Positions 9,509 through 21,400 of a stretch of DNA of 64,000 nucleotides are shown here, in pieces. The stretch is taken from assembly GCA_040954595.2 (NCBI GenBank), contig CM082593.2, positions 4,109,434 through 4,173,433 of the forward strand, given 5' to 3'. The stretch is from Balanoglossus misakiensis (Eukaryota; Animalia; Hemichordata). The position numbers and the translations under genes were made by a program. The notes beneath the pieces were generated by a model. That model was not told the origin of the DNA, searched no databases, and saw only the letters and a list, made by a program, of their open reading frames with translations. Position 1 is the first letter of the stretch, and each line of letters starts with the position of its first letter.

Positions 9509-12500
9509 ATGGGACTTTTACATTCGGAGTTATCTCTGCTTTGGTGTATCGCGGCCGTTCTCTTCAGCAAAGGTAAGCATACCATCTCATACGCGCTTCA
9601 AACAACGCAGGAACGCCAATAACAGACATGGTTGTCTTTCTATGGTTACAAATGATGGCGAAACATTAAGGAACGATATACCAGCATTATGCTAGATCAC
9701 GTTTTCAAAACACATTTCGACTCAAACTACCATAAACAGCTTCAAGTTCCCACACATAAACATGACTATATTGGGATATTCTTAAAAGTACTCTTGTCAA
9801 GGTGTCATTCATGAAATTATGCATAATGAACAAATGGAGGAAAACTAAACGAAATTAAACATAATTGTATTGTCATTGTAAAAGTGTACTCACTTAATTT
9901 TATCAAAAGTCTATTATAACATTCCCTGCCTGATTTCAAAGGCAGAAACCAAATCTTCGTGAAAGGTTATCGCTTGGTGCGTAAACTTATATGTATAAAA
10001 TTCTCATTAGCTAAAAGGCTTCTGCGATAAAAACCGAATAATGCACCCTATTATTGACTTAAGCACTGTGTACGTCAACTGTGACTCACCACCAATTACA
10101 TTCTCTTCTCTCTGTCAACCTTTACCTGAGCTGCTTTGCCTCTGTGTGCGGTCTCCTTTCATTTACTGTCACGAAGTAGTCCGGAGGGGACCGCGATATG
10201 CATATTGCAGTCCCCCGGGGAGCCGATAACGCACCTTTATGCTAAGCATATACACTCAATGTTGACGCGGTCCAAATCGAATAAAATATTACTTGTCAAT
10301 CTCATTTTAGCTGTACTGGTACAAAACTTCCATTTCTTCAAAATCTGCGCTGATCCCAGCAACAAAGTTTACCTTGTGTGGATGTTATCAATTTAAACGG
10401 ATAAAAACTTGGATGTGGTGACGTGTCCTCACAAAGCAATCAATGAAGAGCAACTCTCGCGTCAACAAATCAAATTAACCTAATTAGGGTTACGTGTCAC
10501 ACAGTCACTAAAGCAAAGATTATGAAAGAACGCGGTGAATACACATCAGAGAATGTCAAATGTCACGTCCCTTGAAATCGCCCTCCTCACAACAATATGC
10601 CCTTAGATAACTCTTATAACATAGATAATTGCGTTGGTGAAAATATTGGTCAGTTCAATTTTCTCACCTGTAGACTCAGGCTTATTTCGGTTCTTAGCAC
10701 ATGCAAATCTCAACACCTGAAAGTATATCACCGCCATTTTTCCTGGAAACATTCAATCACCAATCACGTGATACCATACCGTTACTTTTGGGGGTCTTCA
10801 TGCGGAAATTTTTAAATTAGAAAATAGCTTACATGAACGGTACCATACGTTTTTCTGTCTTTGTGAGCATGTCTACATGATACCAATTTCTGCAATATCT
10901 GTTCATAATCGGCTACAGCTATTCGAAGGATTACATATCCTTCCAAACATTCTGTATATGATATTGGAAATATCAGAATGGAACGCTACTCATATTAAAA
11001 TACTCTGTGTTGGGTTACCGCCATGGTGATTAACGTACATGTCATTTAGGCCTAGTTACTCTTTCTGTATTCCTCTCTGTTTTGTCAGTTGAGTAATCCT
11101 TCCAAGGGAAGTTATCACGCATACGTGCTTTTTGCTCCCACACACCATGATTGTATTATATAGCTCGGACGAGTTGAGAACATTTTCAATCAATTGAATA
11201 ATTACTTGCGAAAACAGTAATAATAGCTACCAGCTGTGTCTATTCAAATCCTCGTCTTTTTTTTCTTTAAATTTAATGCACATCCACGCATGGCTCGGAA
11301 TGGATATCAGGTTATTTCATTTTTTGTGGATACGAAAATAAATCGCGGGAAGCGTTGCATTAGTATTCTAATTATGTCATAAGAGGTAAACGGCAGACAA
11401 ATACGTCATCGCAAAGCGCCGTGCGAGACAAATATCCTATCCAATGTATTGCAGTTGCTGAGAATAAATGGTAACGTTGTGTATATGCAATTGTCATCGG
11501 TACATGTATGATACTTCTGCCGTTTTAGAATACACGTACTTCAATAACGTACATGTATATATTTCTTTCAAGTTCTTCTTGTCCTTGGTTGAGGTAATAA
11601 ACATTTTGTCATTAAGTTCCAATAAAGGATGCGGAATTATTGGACAAAGATACTACACAGTAATTAGTGTGCGTGTTTTCTTTAATGCTCATGTAATTAC
11701 TGATATAATGGACTGAAGTATATTTATAAAAAATGGCCAGTGATATTATATGAGAGTGGGCGCATTCAGTCGGCCGCATTTTTTATATCGACTTGTACGT
11801 ATTGTGGTCAAAGTTTTTAGCCTGCGACTTGGTAGGTATTTTCGACAGACGGGCGCTAACAATTAACACTAACCGTCACTTTCTCAGTGACGTAATTGAC
11901 TGACGTAATTGACAGACACTTTGCTTGCAGCTCTTAAAGAACCATTTCTGTCACAATGAAAATGTGACTAATGCATCTTTCACCGACAGTGCAGTATTTC
12001 AATTCAAACTGTCTGAGGGGTTGGGAAAGTCTATGATTAATACGACAGTCTTAATGAACCCATTGATGGGAAGGAAGATGTATGAACGCGGAGCCGAGCC
12101 GTCGACCGGAATCAAACCTGTTGACACTACATATTTCAATACTATTCGAAAATATTAAATCTGAACGTCTCGCCGTGAAAGCGACAGTGGGAAGCCCTGC
12201 GAAATGAGCAATCGCCGACGTCGACGGACACCTATAAGGCATGTGTACCTAGGACGCGGTGAAGTAATTATCGTTGCATTGTAGTGCGCCCGTGCAAATA
12301 TAATTCAATAGCCAGGCAGAAACGTGAGCCAATATTTGATCCTTTGAGAGTGGCACCACAAATGAATCAGAAGAAAAGGTGAACGCAGAAAATGAATAGG
12401 TGGCACGGTTGCCTCCATTCATAGCATTATACACCGTATATTTATATTTGATTCAATAAAACATCAACTGTCCATTATGACGAGGATTCTTTAAGCGATT

Positions 12501-13818
12501 CTTTGGTGTCTGCGATGAAAGTGAACTATATTGTTCATCAATATCACCGTAATAAGATTTCGTTAGAACGCGAATTAATCATCACGCAGACAGCTTCTAG
12601 TGCGGTTGTTATTCGTCAACGGGGCCGCAAGGGGGTATTGTTCGAATTCTAGCGACGTCATAAAATTTCATTGAGTGGAACTCTGTCATTAATCAAACCA
12701 AATATAATTTTTTTTCAAGTAGGGTTCGTTTCCAGGGAAAGACAATTACATTTCGTCAAATTGGTTTATACAGCAACCAGGATAATTATCTCGTTTATAT
12801 ATGTATTAAAAATTATTGGCACAGCGACTATGGCCAGTAAACACTTTTGAAAAGTCCTTAACAGCGCAATATAAATAAATGACGTGACATAGTGAAGGGC
12901 GATTGTTATGCATATACATACAAAATTGAGCGCTTAAAATCTGATAAAATTGTACGTGCATTTGTGATGTCAGTTATAAAGGCGCAAGTGTTTTTGTTTA
13001 ATTTTGCATTTCAAGAATTTTAAAGGTTCAATGCTTTCTCATTCGAGAAAGGGACTCAAAGACACGTGATCGGGTTCATAAGTTAGTGTCCGGTGAGATA
13101 CTGATCGCACAGCCCTCTACGGTCAAATCAACACATGACCTTTGTTTTTATATACACAGGTATATCGTAACGATCTCAAGCTATGTGATAAAGGCAGTTT
13201 TTGCGTAAAATGTGGTCAGGATGACATTTTTTTTTCTAGACGTAGAATAGAATTCAGTTTAGGAATTAATGTTTGCAATCAGTAACCATGTTCCTTCTTC
13301 AGTTTCAGGTTTGAAATGCTTTGACTGCAGTGAGCAGTTTAATGTTAAATACGCCCAAACAGATTGCCAATTTCGAGTGAACGACTCGTTTACAACCAGA
13401 AATTGTCAAGCACATGAGCTGTTTTGTATGGTAAGAACCATCACTTGTATACACTTTCCTGCCTTGTTAGATCATTGACTGAGTCTATGTATCACGATAT
13501 TGTATATATCTATTCCTCTGTGGTCGAACTTTAGTACATATCTTTTGAGATACGTGATTGATCTATCTATTACAGGTAGAGCGATCAGAAACCAATGGCG
13601 TGGTGACCAGCTTCGAGAGGAACTGCGCCGATGACTGCGAATGGGGGTGTCGATTCAACGGTTTCGGAGTGACCAGCAAACGCTGCGTGTCATGCTGTAC
13701 ACAAGATGGCTGCAACATTGGAAATGGCGCCAAACCACTTTTTGACAAACATTGGACACCGCTGTTTTCCGTCTTTATCGCCATCTTGGTTGACGTCATC
13801 GTAAAGAGAATATTGTAG
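9509..13818 (+). CDS. Ly6/uPAR (three-finger, LU-domain) GPI-anchored protein, 12-Cys LYPD6/quiver-like type, 144 aa
   Basis: Exons: 9509-9572 (signal peptide MGLLHSELSLLWCIAAVLFSK, donor gtaagc, phase 1), 13303-13430 (VSGLKCFDC...LFCM, donor gtaaga) and 13576-13818 (VERS...CVSCCTQDGCN, then NG and a hydrophobic GPI-type tail). LxCxxC start and CCxxxxCN end are diagnostic. AATAAA at 13876 and 14461. Confidence 0.9.
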
Positions 13819-14786
13819 GGGGTACATCATTTCTTAACCGGTCGAAATGATTCCAACCTTATAAACCTACCCCTTAATAAAATTGACAGACGCACGTGAA
13901 AATCTTAAAGGCCCATATTTAATAACGTGGGCATGTCTACAGCTATAAACAACAGGCATCCTGTCTGTGTACTGAACTGTTTATTGAGAAACAATATGGA
14001 AACAAAAGATCAGCTGTGTATTAAACACATGCTCCTTCAAGTACTGACTCGTGCGAAAGCACTCTACCTCGTTGTATATTTTGCACGATTTAAGTTTGGG
14101 CCTCTTGAAATGTTTTAAATCGAAAACATGGAAATGAAAGGATTAATTCAATCTCATAGTACTAGCTTTTCCATAATGGAGACAACAGTAACTACAAGTT
14201 ATTTTTATGTCACATTCCGTTGTGATTTTACCCTCTTCTTAATACCAAGAAAAATATTTTAACCTTATTATTTGTGCACGTACATGAGTGCACTGGAAAA
14301 ATTAATCCCACAACCTGATTTTCGTGCTCTGTGAGTAGCGTGAAGTTTCAACGATCTGAATATTAAAGGTAAAATATTATTGGATAAAAAAAGGGGTGCA
14401 CACAACAGAAACCTGTATTTGTAGACTGTATTTTTTAAAGCATAAGTACAGTTTTGTTCGAATAAAGATGTGAAATATTTCAAAGTAAAATGTTACCTGT
14501 CGAAGCCTGATTTTTGTGTGTCAAAAGAAACGAAGAAGATTGGTGTACCGCGGGGTGTGAGGCTCATTTTAGGGCATGTTTGGAAAAAACACTGAAAATA
14601 ATTTGGCACATTCTGACAACACAAACTGACCAATTTAGTAATATTTCAGCTGACAAAAATCTAAGTCTCATCTTCATTATAGTGGTGTCTAGTCTGAAGA
14701 TGCAATAATTTCTGTTCAAATGATCTGTCCTGACATGAATGAAGTCCTGACTGTTGATAGTGGTTAAGTATTTTTGTGCATGTCCC

Positions 14787-14876
14787 CCCTTTCACCCCCA
14801 GTTCTCTCTTTAGAGGTCCCAACTCTACCATAGAAAACAATGGATTTGGACCAAACCATGGAGGTATGGGGGTTAA
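14787..14876 (-). mobile_element. Degenerate copy of the ~90-bp TTAA-flanked MITE
   Basis: CCCTTTCACCCCCA...ACAATGGATTTGGACCAAACCATGGAGGTATGGGGGTTAA is the reverse-orientation relative of 43339-43431. Confidence 0.65.
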
Positions 14877-15448
14877 AGAGGCAAAAGTTAAAATAGCACA
14901 CTAGTAAAGCACACATCCGTGACACTGCAGAAACCAAAAAAATGTCCTATATATAAGAATTCTGGAGTATAAATTAATATTTTTGTTTGTAAATATTTAC
15001 CAAATCAAATGACGATGCATATGGCACTAGTATTACAGACATGTTTATGATTTTTTTTCTATTTATGATTTTAAATCAGCATTTTGTCGAAAAAAACTAC
15101 TGATGTTATTATTGTGAAATTCTGCATGTAAGTAATACTCTATATTGAATCATACTTTGAAAACAAATTGATCAAGTGTGCTCATGGTATTGAAATACTC
15201 TAAGTATAACTACCATCCTTTTGCTATATCTGTTGTGTAATTATAACAAATGAGGAACTATATTTGGACATTCCAATATTATGACATCACAGATGCCGTT
15301 TCAGGGTTTAAAAAAATCTGTTCGTAGAAAACGATATACACCTTTCTGATTTACACAAAAAATTCATTTCAGCAAAAAAAATTATTATGTACAACATGGA
15401 TGCAGCACTTTGCTAAAAAAAGACATAAATAAGTGAATTCATGCAATA

Positions 15449-18400
15449 TTATTTCACCAAAAGCTGTTTTGATTGCAGTCTGTTTAAATACACAGTGCAA
15501 GTATGGCAGTATTCACTAGGGGGTTGTACGTCCGTGGCTCTGCATAATTGACATCTCATTCTTTGAGTGGGTTTCACATTTCTTCCTTGGGTCGTCTGGC
15601 GAGTCTGGTCTGTGGTTGTCCTCAGTGGCTCAGACAGATTGGCCTTGTCATGGTCTTTACGTTGGAGGTAATTTCTACTGACTGGTTGTGTGAACATACT
15701 GCTGGTTGACCATGCTCCCCGTGTGAAGTTTGACGAACCGACCGTTGGTGTCGCTCGGGTGTTGGATGTGGTGCTGGTCTTACCTGACGTACTGGGCACT
15801 CTTTTCCGTGGAAGCGTACAGTAACTGGGAGAGTTTCTCTGAAATGGTGCAGACGCCGGCATATACACGCCTTGTGCTGCACTGTTCCCACACCCTTGGT
15901 ACTGAGGTGTTTGGCACTCTCTCTGAGTGACTCCCCTTTGAAGCATGGCTGCTCGATTCTCTCCGCATTCTGCTTGTAATCCAGCCAACATGTCACTCTC
16001 TGACGTTCTCCCATTTGGGGTTTTTAACACAGCATCGCCTGGAGACATGTATTGTTGTTGTGCAGGCTGGTAAGTCTTGATATCTATGTCATCATGTCTT
16101 GGTGCTTGTGTACCCTGTAACGACAGTAAATGGATAGAATTAGAACACTTTAAATCTCTTCACACATATTTTCTCAACCAATCAAAGAATATGTGAAACA
16201 TACAAGGTAAATATCACCACTTTGCACTATAATAAAAAAACCCACAACATGCGACGCTGAAATGTGGAAGTATTTATGTAAAAGTAAATCAGTGGGCAGG
16301 CATGCAACCAATACATCAGAAATGAAAATCATGCAATGAGACAAATTCATTACACATACATGATACTAAGGACTGCAAACTAAAAGAAATAGATTAGATA
16401 TGATTGAAAAGCCAGTGCTTAAACTTTGACGGTACTTCCAGCTACTGCTATTAATTCTACACGTGCAGTGCACTGTGTGTCTCAGCGAACACATACTTAC
16501 AGACATATCTACCCCCTCTGCTTGCTTTGAAGTGAAATTTGTAGAGTTCTCCCTGAGGTCTGTCAGCAGGAGACAGAGAGAGAAAAGACAGGTGCAGGAG
16601 AATAAGACAAGTCGAAAAGAGAGAAAGAAAGAGAGAAAGAGAGAAAGAGAGAAAAGAATTGTTAGTCACTGGGAGTCAAGATTTGAGGAAGTATGAGTCT
16701 GTTTTACATTTTGTTATAACCATCACCAAGATAATAATAGTATTAAGTAATAGTAAGTCCGGAGTTTGTTAACATTGTAAACATTCTACACTGTTGTTGT
16801 TTTTTTTATCATAAGGGGGCAGGGTATGATGAACTGACCTGTCTACAAAGGCCATCTGTCTATAAAGGCCGGTTTAGGAAAGTCCTTTAATTGGCCACTG
16901 GTTTGACTGTACATGAATGTACAAGTAAACTAATATAACTCAAACGGAATACATGCAGAAAGAAAACAAAATAACAGAAAGTATGCCTAGAACATTTCTT
17001 GACATAAACACCACACTACAGACAACAAACGATTACACAAAATGGTATAGATATACAGTAAGGTAACTCTCAGATGTGAGACACCTATACAGACTTTGAA
17101 AAATAAATGGTAAGATCATTGTGATTTTATGAATAAAATTGAATTGTATATATGTTGGATTACCTGTCTTCTATTGTATTTATGAAATGCAAAGATGAAA
17201 TAAGAGAAATGTCATGTGTTAGAAATAGCAGTGACATTAAAATGCAGAATGAGAGTGAAGGATGAAATTAAGACTGGTGCAAGTCATCTATATGTGATCA
17301 TACAGATGTAGACCTTGGAGAGAAATAACCATTGATGCCATTCATGTGTCTTATTTTCTCTCATTAGTGCTAGAAATTGCACTAGAATATTGCATCTAAC
17401 CATTCCATTTGTATCGCTCAGCAAGTATTGCCATATTTACCACTGAATACAAGTTGCGCAGTTCCAGGTCTTGTATTGGTGTCACATAGAGCACACTGTG
17501 TACTGTTACTTTGCCAAGTTGGTCTTTGGTTACATCTTGTACAAATACCTAGCAACAAAATAGTACAGGATGAGTTTCTATACACAACCTTCTTTTTACT
17601 GAACAAACACAAATAGTAAATAATATGAAAGTAGACATTCAAGTAGAGGGGGTAATTAGTATACCTGATGATGTCGCCATGGTATTCTTGTCAGCGTCCG
17701 CTGTTCTCTGCTGACTCCGTTTCTGTTTTTCTTTCACGTACCACATGTGCACCGAATCTTTCAACGGATTTCCCGTAAACGCCGGAGTCTGCTGTTGTTG
17801 CAAGCCTTGGTACGGCTGGCCTGCAGACGTCTGCTGTTGGTAATACTGCGGTGTCTGGTTAGACACCATTGGCGGTGGGTACTGGGTGCTGTCTCTGTAC
17901 TGCTGGCTGTCGGTTGGCACCTCGCCCTTGTGTTGTTGCATGGCGACCATCTGTTTGTGCTTCTCCAAGATGATCTGCTTCTGCCGTTCCACGTCTTGCT
18001 GCTTCTCCTGCTCGGTCCGATGCCTGGTGTATCCCGAGCCGTGCCTGCTGGTGGCGGTGGTGGTGATGTTCGGGGACGACCGGGACAGCTGCCCGGATTT
18101 GGCCAGGTCTCCGTACGACCCGGACGACCCCGCCTGGTATCTCTGACTGTGGTTGTCCATCTGTTTACCAAGCGTTTGCAGGTAGCGGTTCCGCGATGAA
18201 TTTTCCAACAATAACAGATCTTCCCGTCTTTGCCTCACATAGTCGTCATATCCATCGAGATTACTGCCCCCAGGTGCCTGCCTGGCTGTTCCGTTCCCTG
18301 TCTGTGTATTTATGCCAGTCCTATCCGTACTCAGAGGATTAGCATTACTGTCCTGCAATCCGTATATATTCTGTCCGTAACCATTCTGCAAATTCGAATC

Positions 18401-21400
18401 ATAATTTCCCTGCAACAGGTGGCCAGCAGCCTGCTTGTGCAATGAACTTCCGACACTCTGACCTTGGCCTTGATAATACTGCGTCCCAATGTTACCATTG
18501 TATCCTCCATTACTGTTCTGTGAATTTCTCAAATCCGGGTCTGCTTTGGGTGGCCCTCGGGTAAATTCAGTCTGGCTGGAATTTCTGCTGTGTTGCCTGC
18601 TGACACTCTGTGCTTGTGCTTTCCCTGTGCTCTGGTAAGCGTACAACTCTTTCAACTGTTCCTGCAGTTGTAAGTGTCTCTTCTCCTCTGGGTCGTTGAG
18701 GTCAATCAGGTTATCTCGTCTGTCATTCACGTCAAGCGAAGAAACCATGGAACTAATGGGAAGAAATGATATCAGATGTTACAAAGTCACAAGAAAGTTT
18801 ACAGTTTACAGTAAACTTTGAGGCAATTGATTTTCCAAAACTTGGAAACCACAGACTACAAAGAACCACATTACAAGCATGAGTAGTACCTTGTAATGTA
18901 CATTTTCAGACCCGATGTAAATTTTTCTAATTTTCTTACCTGAGAGAGCTCTCCACAGAATCACCTGCTTTTGAATACAACGAATTGGTCAGTGGGTCCT
19001 GTTTCTTGACAATTAATTTACGATGCAAACTCTGGGATTTTAAGAGGCAAGCTTTGTGTTTTGTTTCCAGGATGACTCTGGTCCGATGTTGGCTGTCCAA
19101 ACCAGGGTGATCCATGGCACTTCTCAAGCGAGCTGCAAAGGATACAGATATATTAGAATTTTGCATTTGGAATATACTATTACTAAAAAATTTCATCATC
19201 ATCATCGTAGTCACGACCACTATCATCATCATCCACATCCACATCATCATCACCATCATCACCACCACCATCATCATCATCATCATCATCACCACCATCA
19301 TCATAGTCATCAAAGGCAACTTACTTATAGCATTCAAACACAAACACAGGGATGTGGCCAAATCTCCAGACTTTTCTGCTTGCATGGATTTGTCCAACAG
19401 CCGCTCTGCCTCTTGAAGTAACGAGTCACATCTCTCGAGGTTATCTGAAATGATCAAAATAAGAATCAGCATTTTGGAGAACGGGGACAAAATTTGATCA
19501 AAATACCGGCATGCTTAATTTTTTCACTGTAACATCTGACAAAACTTACTGTCTATTTGTTTGTCTCGTATCGGACTTTTGAAGTCCAAGAGATCATCAC
19601 TGCTGTTGGAAGATCTCTTCTTGTCTCCGTGCACATCGCTGTGTTTGTCGTTGCTGGCATTACCGCTAGTGTCTGCGTACTTCTGGGCATTGTGAATGGT
19701 GGCTCTCTGCTGGAGAGACTTCAGAGGCACAAAGCTGCTGGCGTAGATGGAGGAGTCCGTGTCCACCGAGTAACTGCCCGTGGAACTCCCGCTGGTCCTA
19801 TCCCCGCTCTTGTAGCCAGAATCCCGCCTCCCCAGCTGTGCCGGCATTGGAACGTCGCCTTTGGGCGGGTCCGTGTAATTTGCAGGCGCGGGCGCGGTCT
19901 TACCGGAGGTCTGGAAGTACCTATCGGCAGTCTGCCAGTGTACCGGGTCACTCCCTCTCGACAGATACCCCTCGGTGCTACTGTTGCTGCTGCGGTCCCT
20001 CCCGAGGCCGGGGTCGGCTTCGACCACCATCGGGCCCAGAGCCGTGGGCACGACCACCGATTTGTTCTCCTCGCTGTAAATGTCGTTCGCGCTCCTCGCG
20101 TGAAAACTGGCGCTTCTGTGAAGCCTCCCTCCTGTTTGATTAGCAGGTGTGACAGATGACGTATCTGATGATGGCACTGGTTTCGCAGATTTTATCTTAC
20201 CTTTCCTTGGCAGAGTCGCAAAACCAACGGGCAGTGAAGCAGCATTATTCTCATCGTGACTGTTACAACCTTTATCAAACTCTTGATGGACTGCAGCATT
20301 GTCTGCAAAAGCTAAGGCACTATTTGGTCTCGGCGGTCGCTGTTGCTCTTTGTACTGGTGCAGTGCTTGAGTAATCTCCTCCGTTTGGCTGGACTCGTAA
20401 CCCCCTAATGATTTTCGTCTATATCTCTTGGACAGATTGGCTTCTGTGTTCTGACTCTTAGAGGACGGTTTATTCTCTGTGTTTCTCTGTTTGACCAACT
20501 TTGGGGTCATTCTCTTTGGTTTGGCCGCAGCCTGGTTTGACGAAGTCTGTTGGTAGCTTCCGCTGTAGTCAGTTTCCTGGCTGTATGTGGTGGAAACAGC
20601 GTCATCTGATGGAATTGAGTCTTGGCGGTTGGCCTCAGTCCAGGCTTGGTTCTGCGGTTGGTTCTGTTGCTTTGGGCGGTAATAATAGATCCTCTGTTCT
20701 TGCTGTAGGTTGTCCTGCTGCAGTTCAGGTTTCGCCGCAGTCGGTTGACTTGACATTGCAGGTTTCTTAAAGTACTGATCCACAATATACTGGTCCCCTT
20801 GCCTCTGTTTCTGCTCGTTCAACCACTGTTGGTGAACTTGTTGCTGCCAGTCGTCAGGCGATATCCCACTTGGATATGCGTACATCTTTTGATCGCTGAA
20901 CGCTTTCTGCTGTTTGCCAGTCCACTGACCCCCTCCCGATTGCTGATCTGTATTGATTTGGGACATCTGTCTCTCCGCGACTGACCCCCTCGTAAGTGTT
21001 CTCTCATTCGCTTGGTCATCGTCCTTGACAGGGAGATCAGTGTACGGATTGTATATCGTGCTATCTTGACTTGCACGACTTGAATTATCGGATATTTCAT
21101 ACCGGATAATATCAGCTCTCACATTGTCTCTCCCACTTTTGAAACTCCCCTTCCTTTTGACTTTGGGCGATTTCGGCGATTTGGGAGACTTGGGGCAGAC
21201 GTACGTTTGTTTTCCGTAACGATTATCCGGCGGTATGGGCACGCCCTGGAATGGTTTCTTTCGCTCCAGTGTGTTCAAATCCTCGAAGTCATCAATTCTT
21301 TGGGAATCGTTTGAACTGTACGACGCATTGCTGTACTGGCGTCTCAGACTTTTAAAGCGGTCCCTGGATTTACTCCTAGATTTGTGAGTTTTTGATTTGT

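Noticed and set aside
16835-16912. Fragment ending GGTTTGACTGTA resembling a Tc1/mariner-type MITE end
   Set aside because: Only one terminus is visible, and it is too short to call.
19056-19421. Poly-His and poly-Ile ORFs on the + strand
   Set aside because: Antisense readings of the intronic (CAT/CAC)n microsatellite.
17747-20159. Several 100-200-aa antisense or alternative-frame ORFs
   Set aside because: Shadows of GC-rich stretches within the large USP54-like exons.
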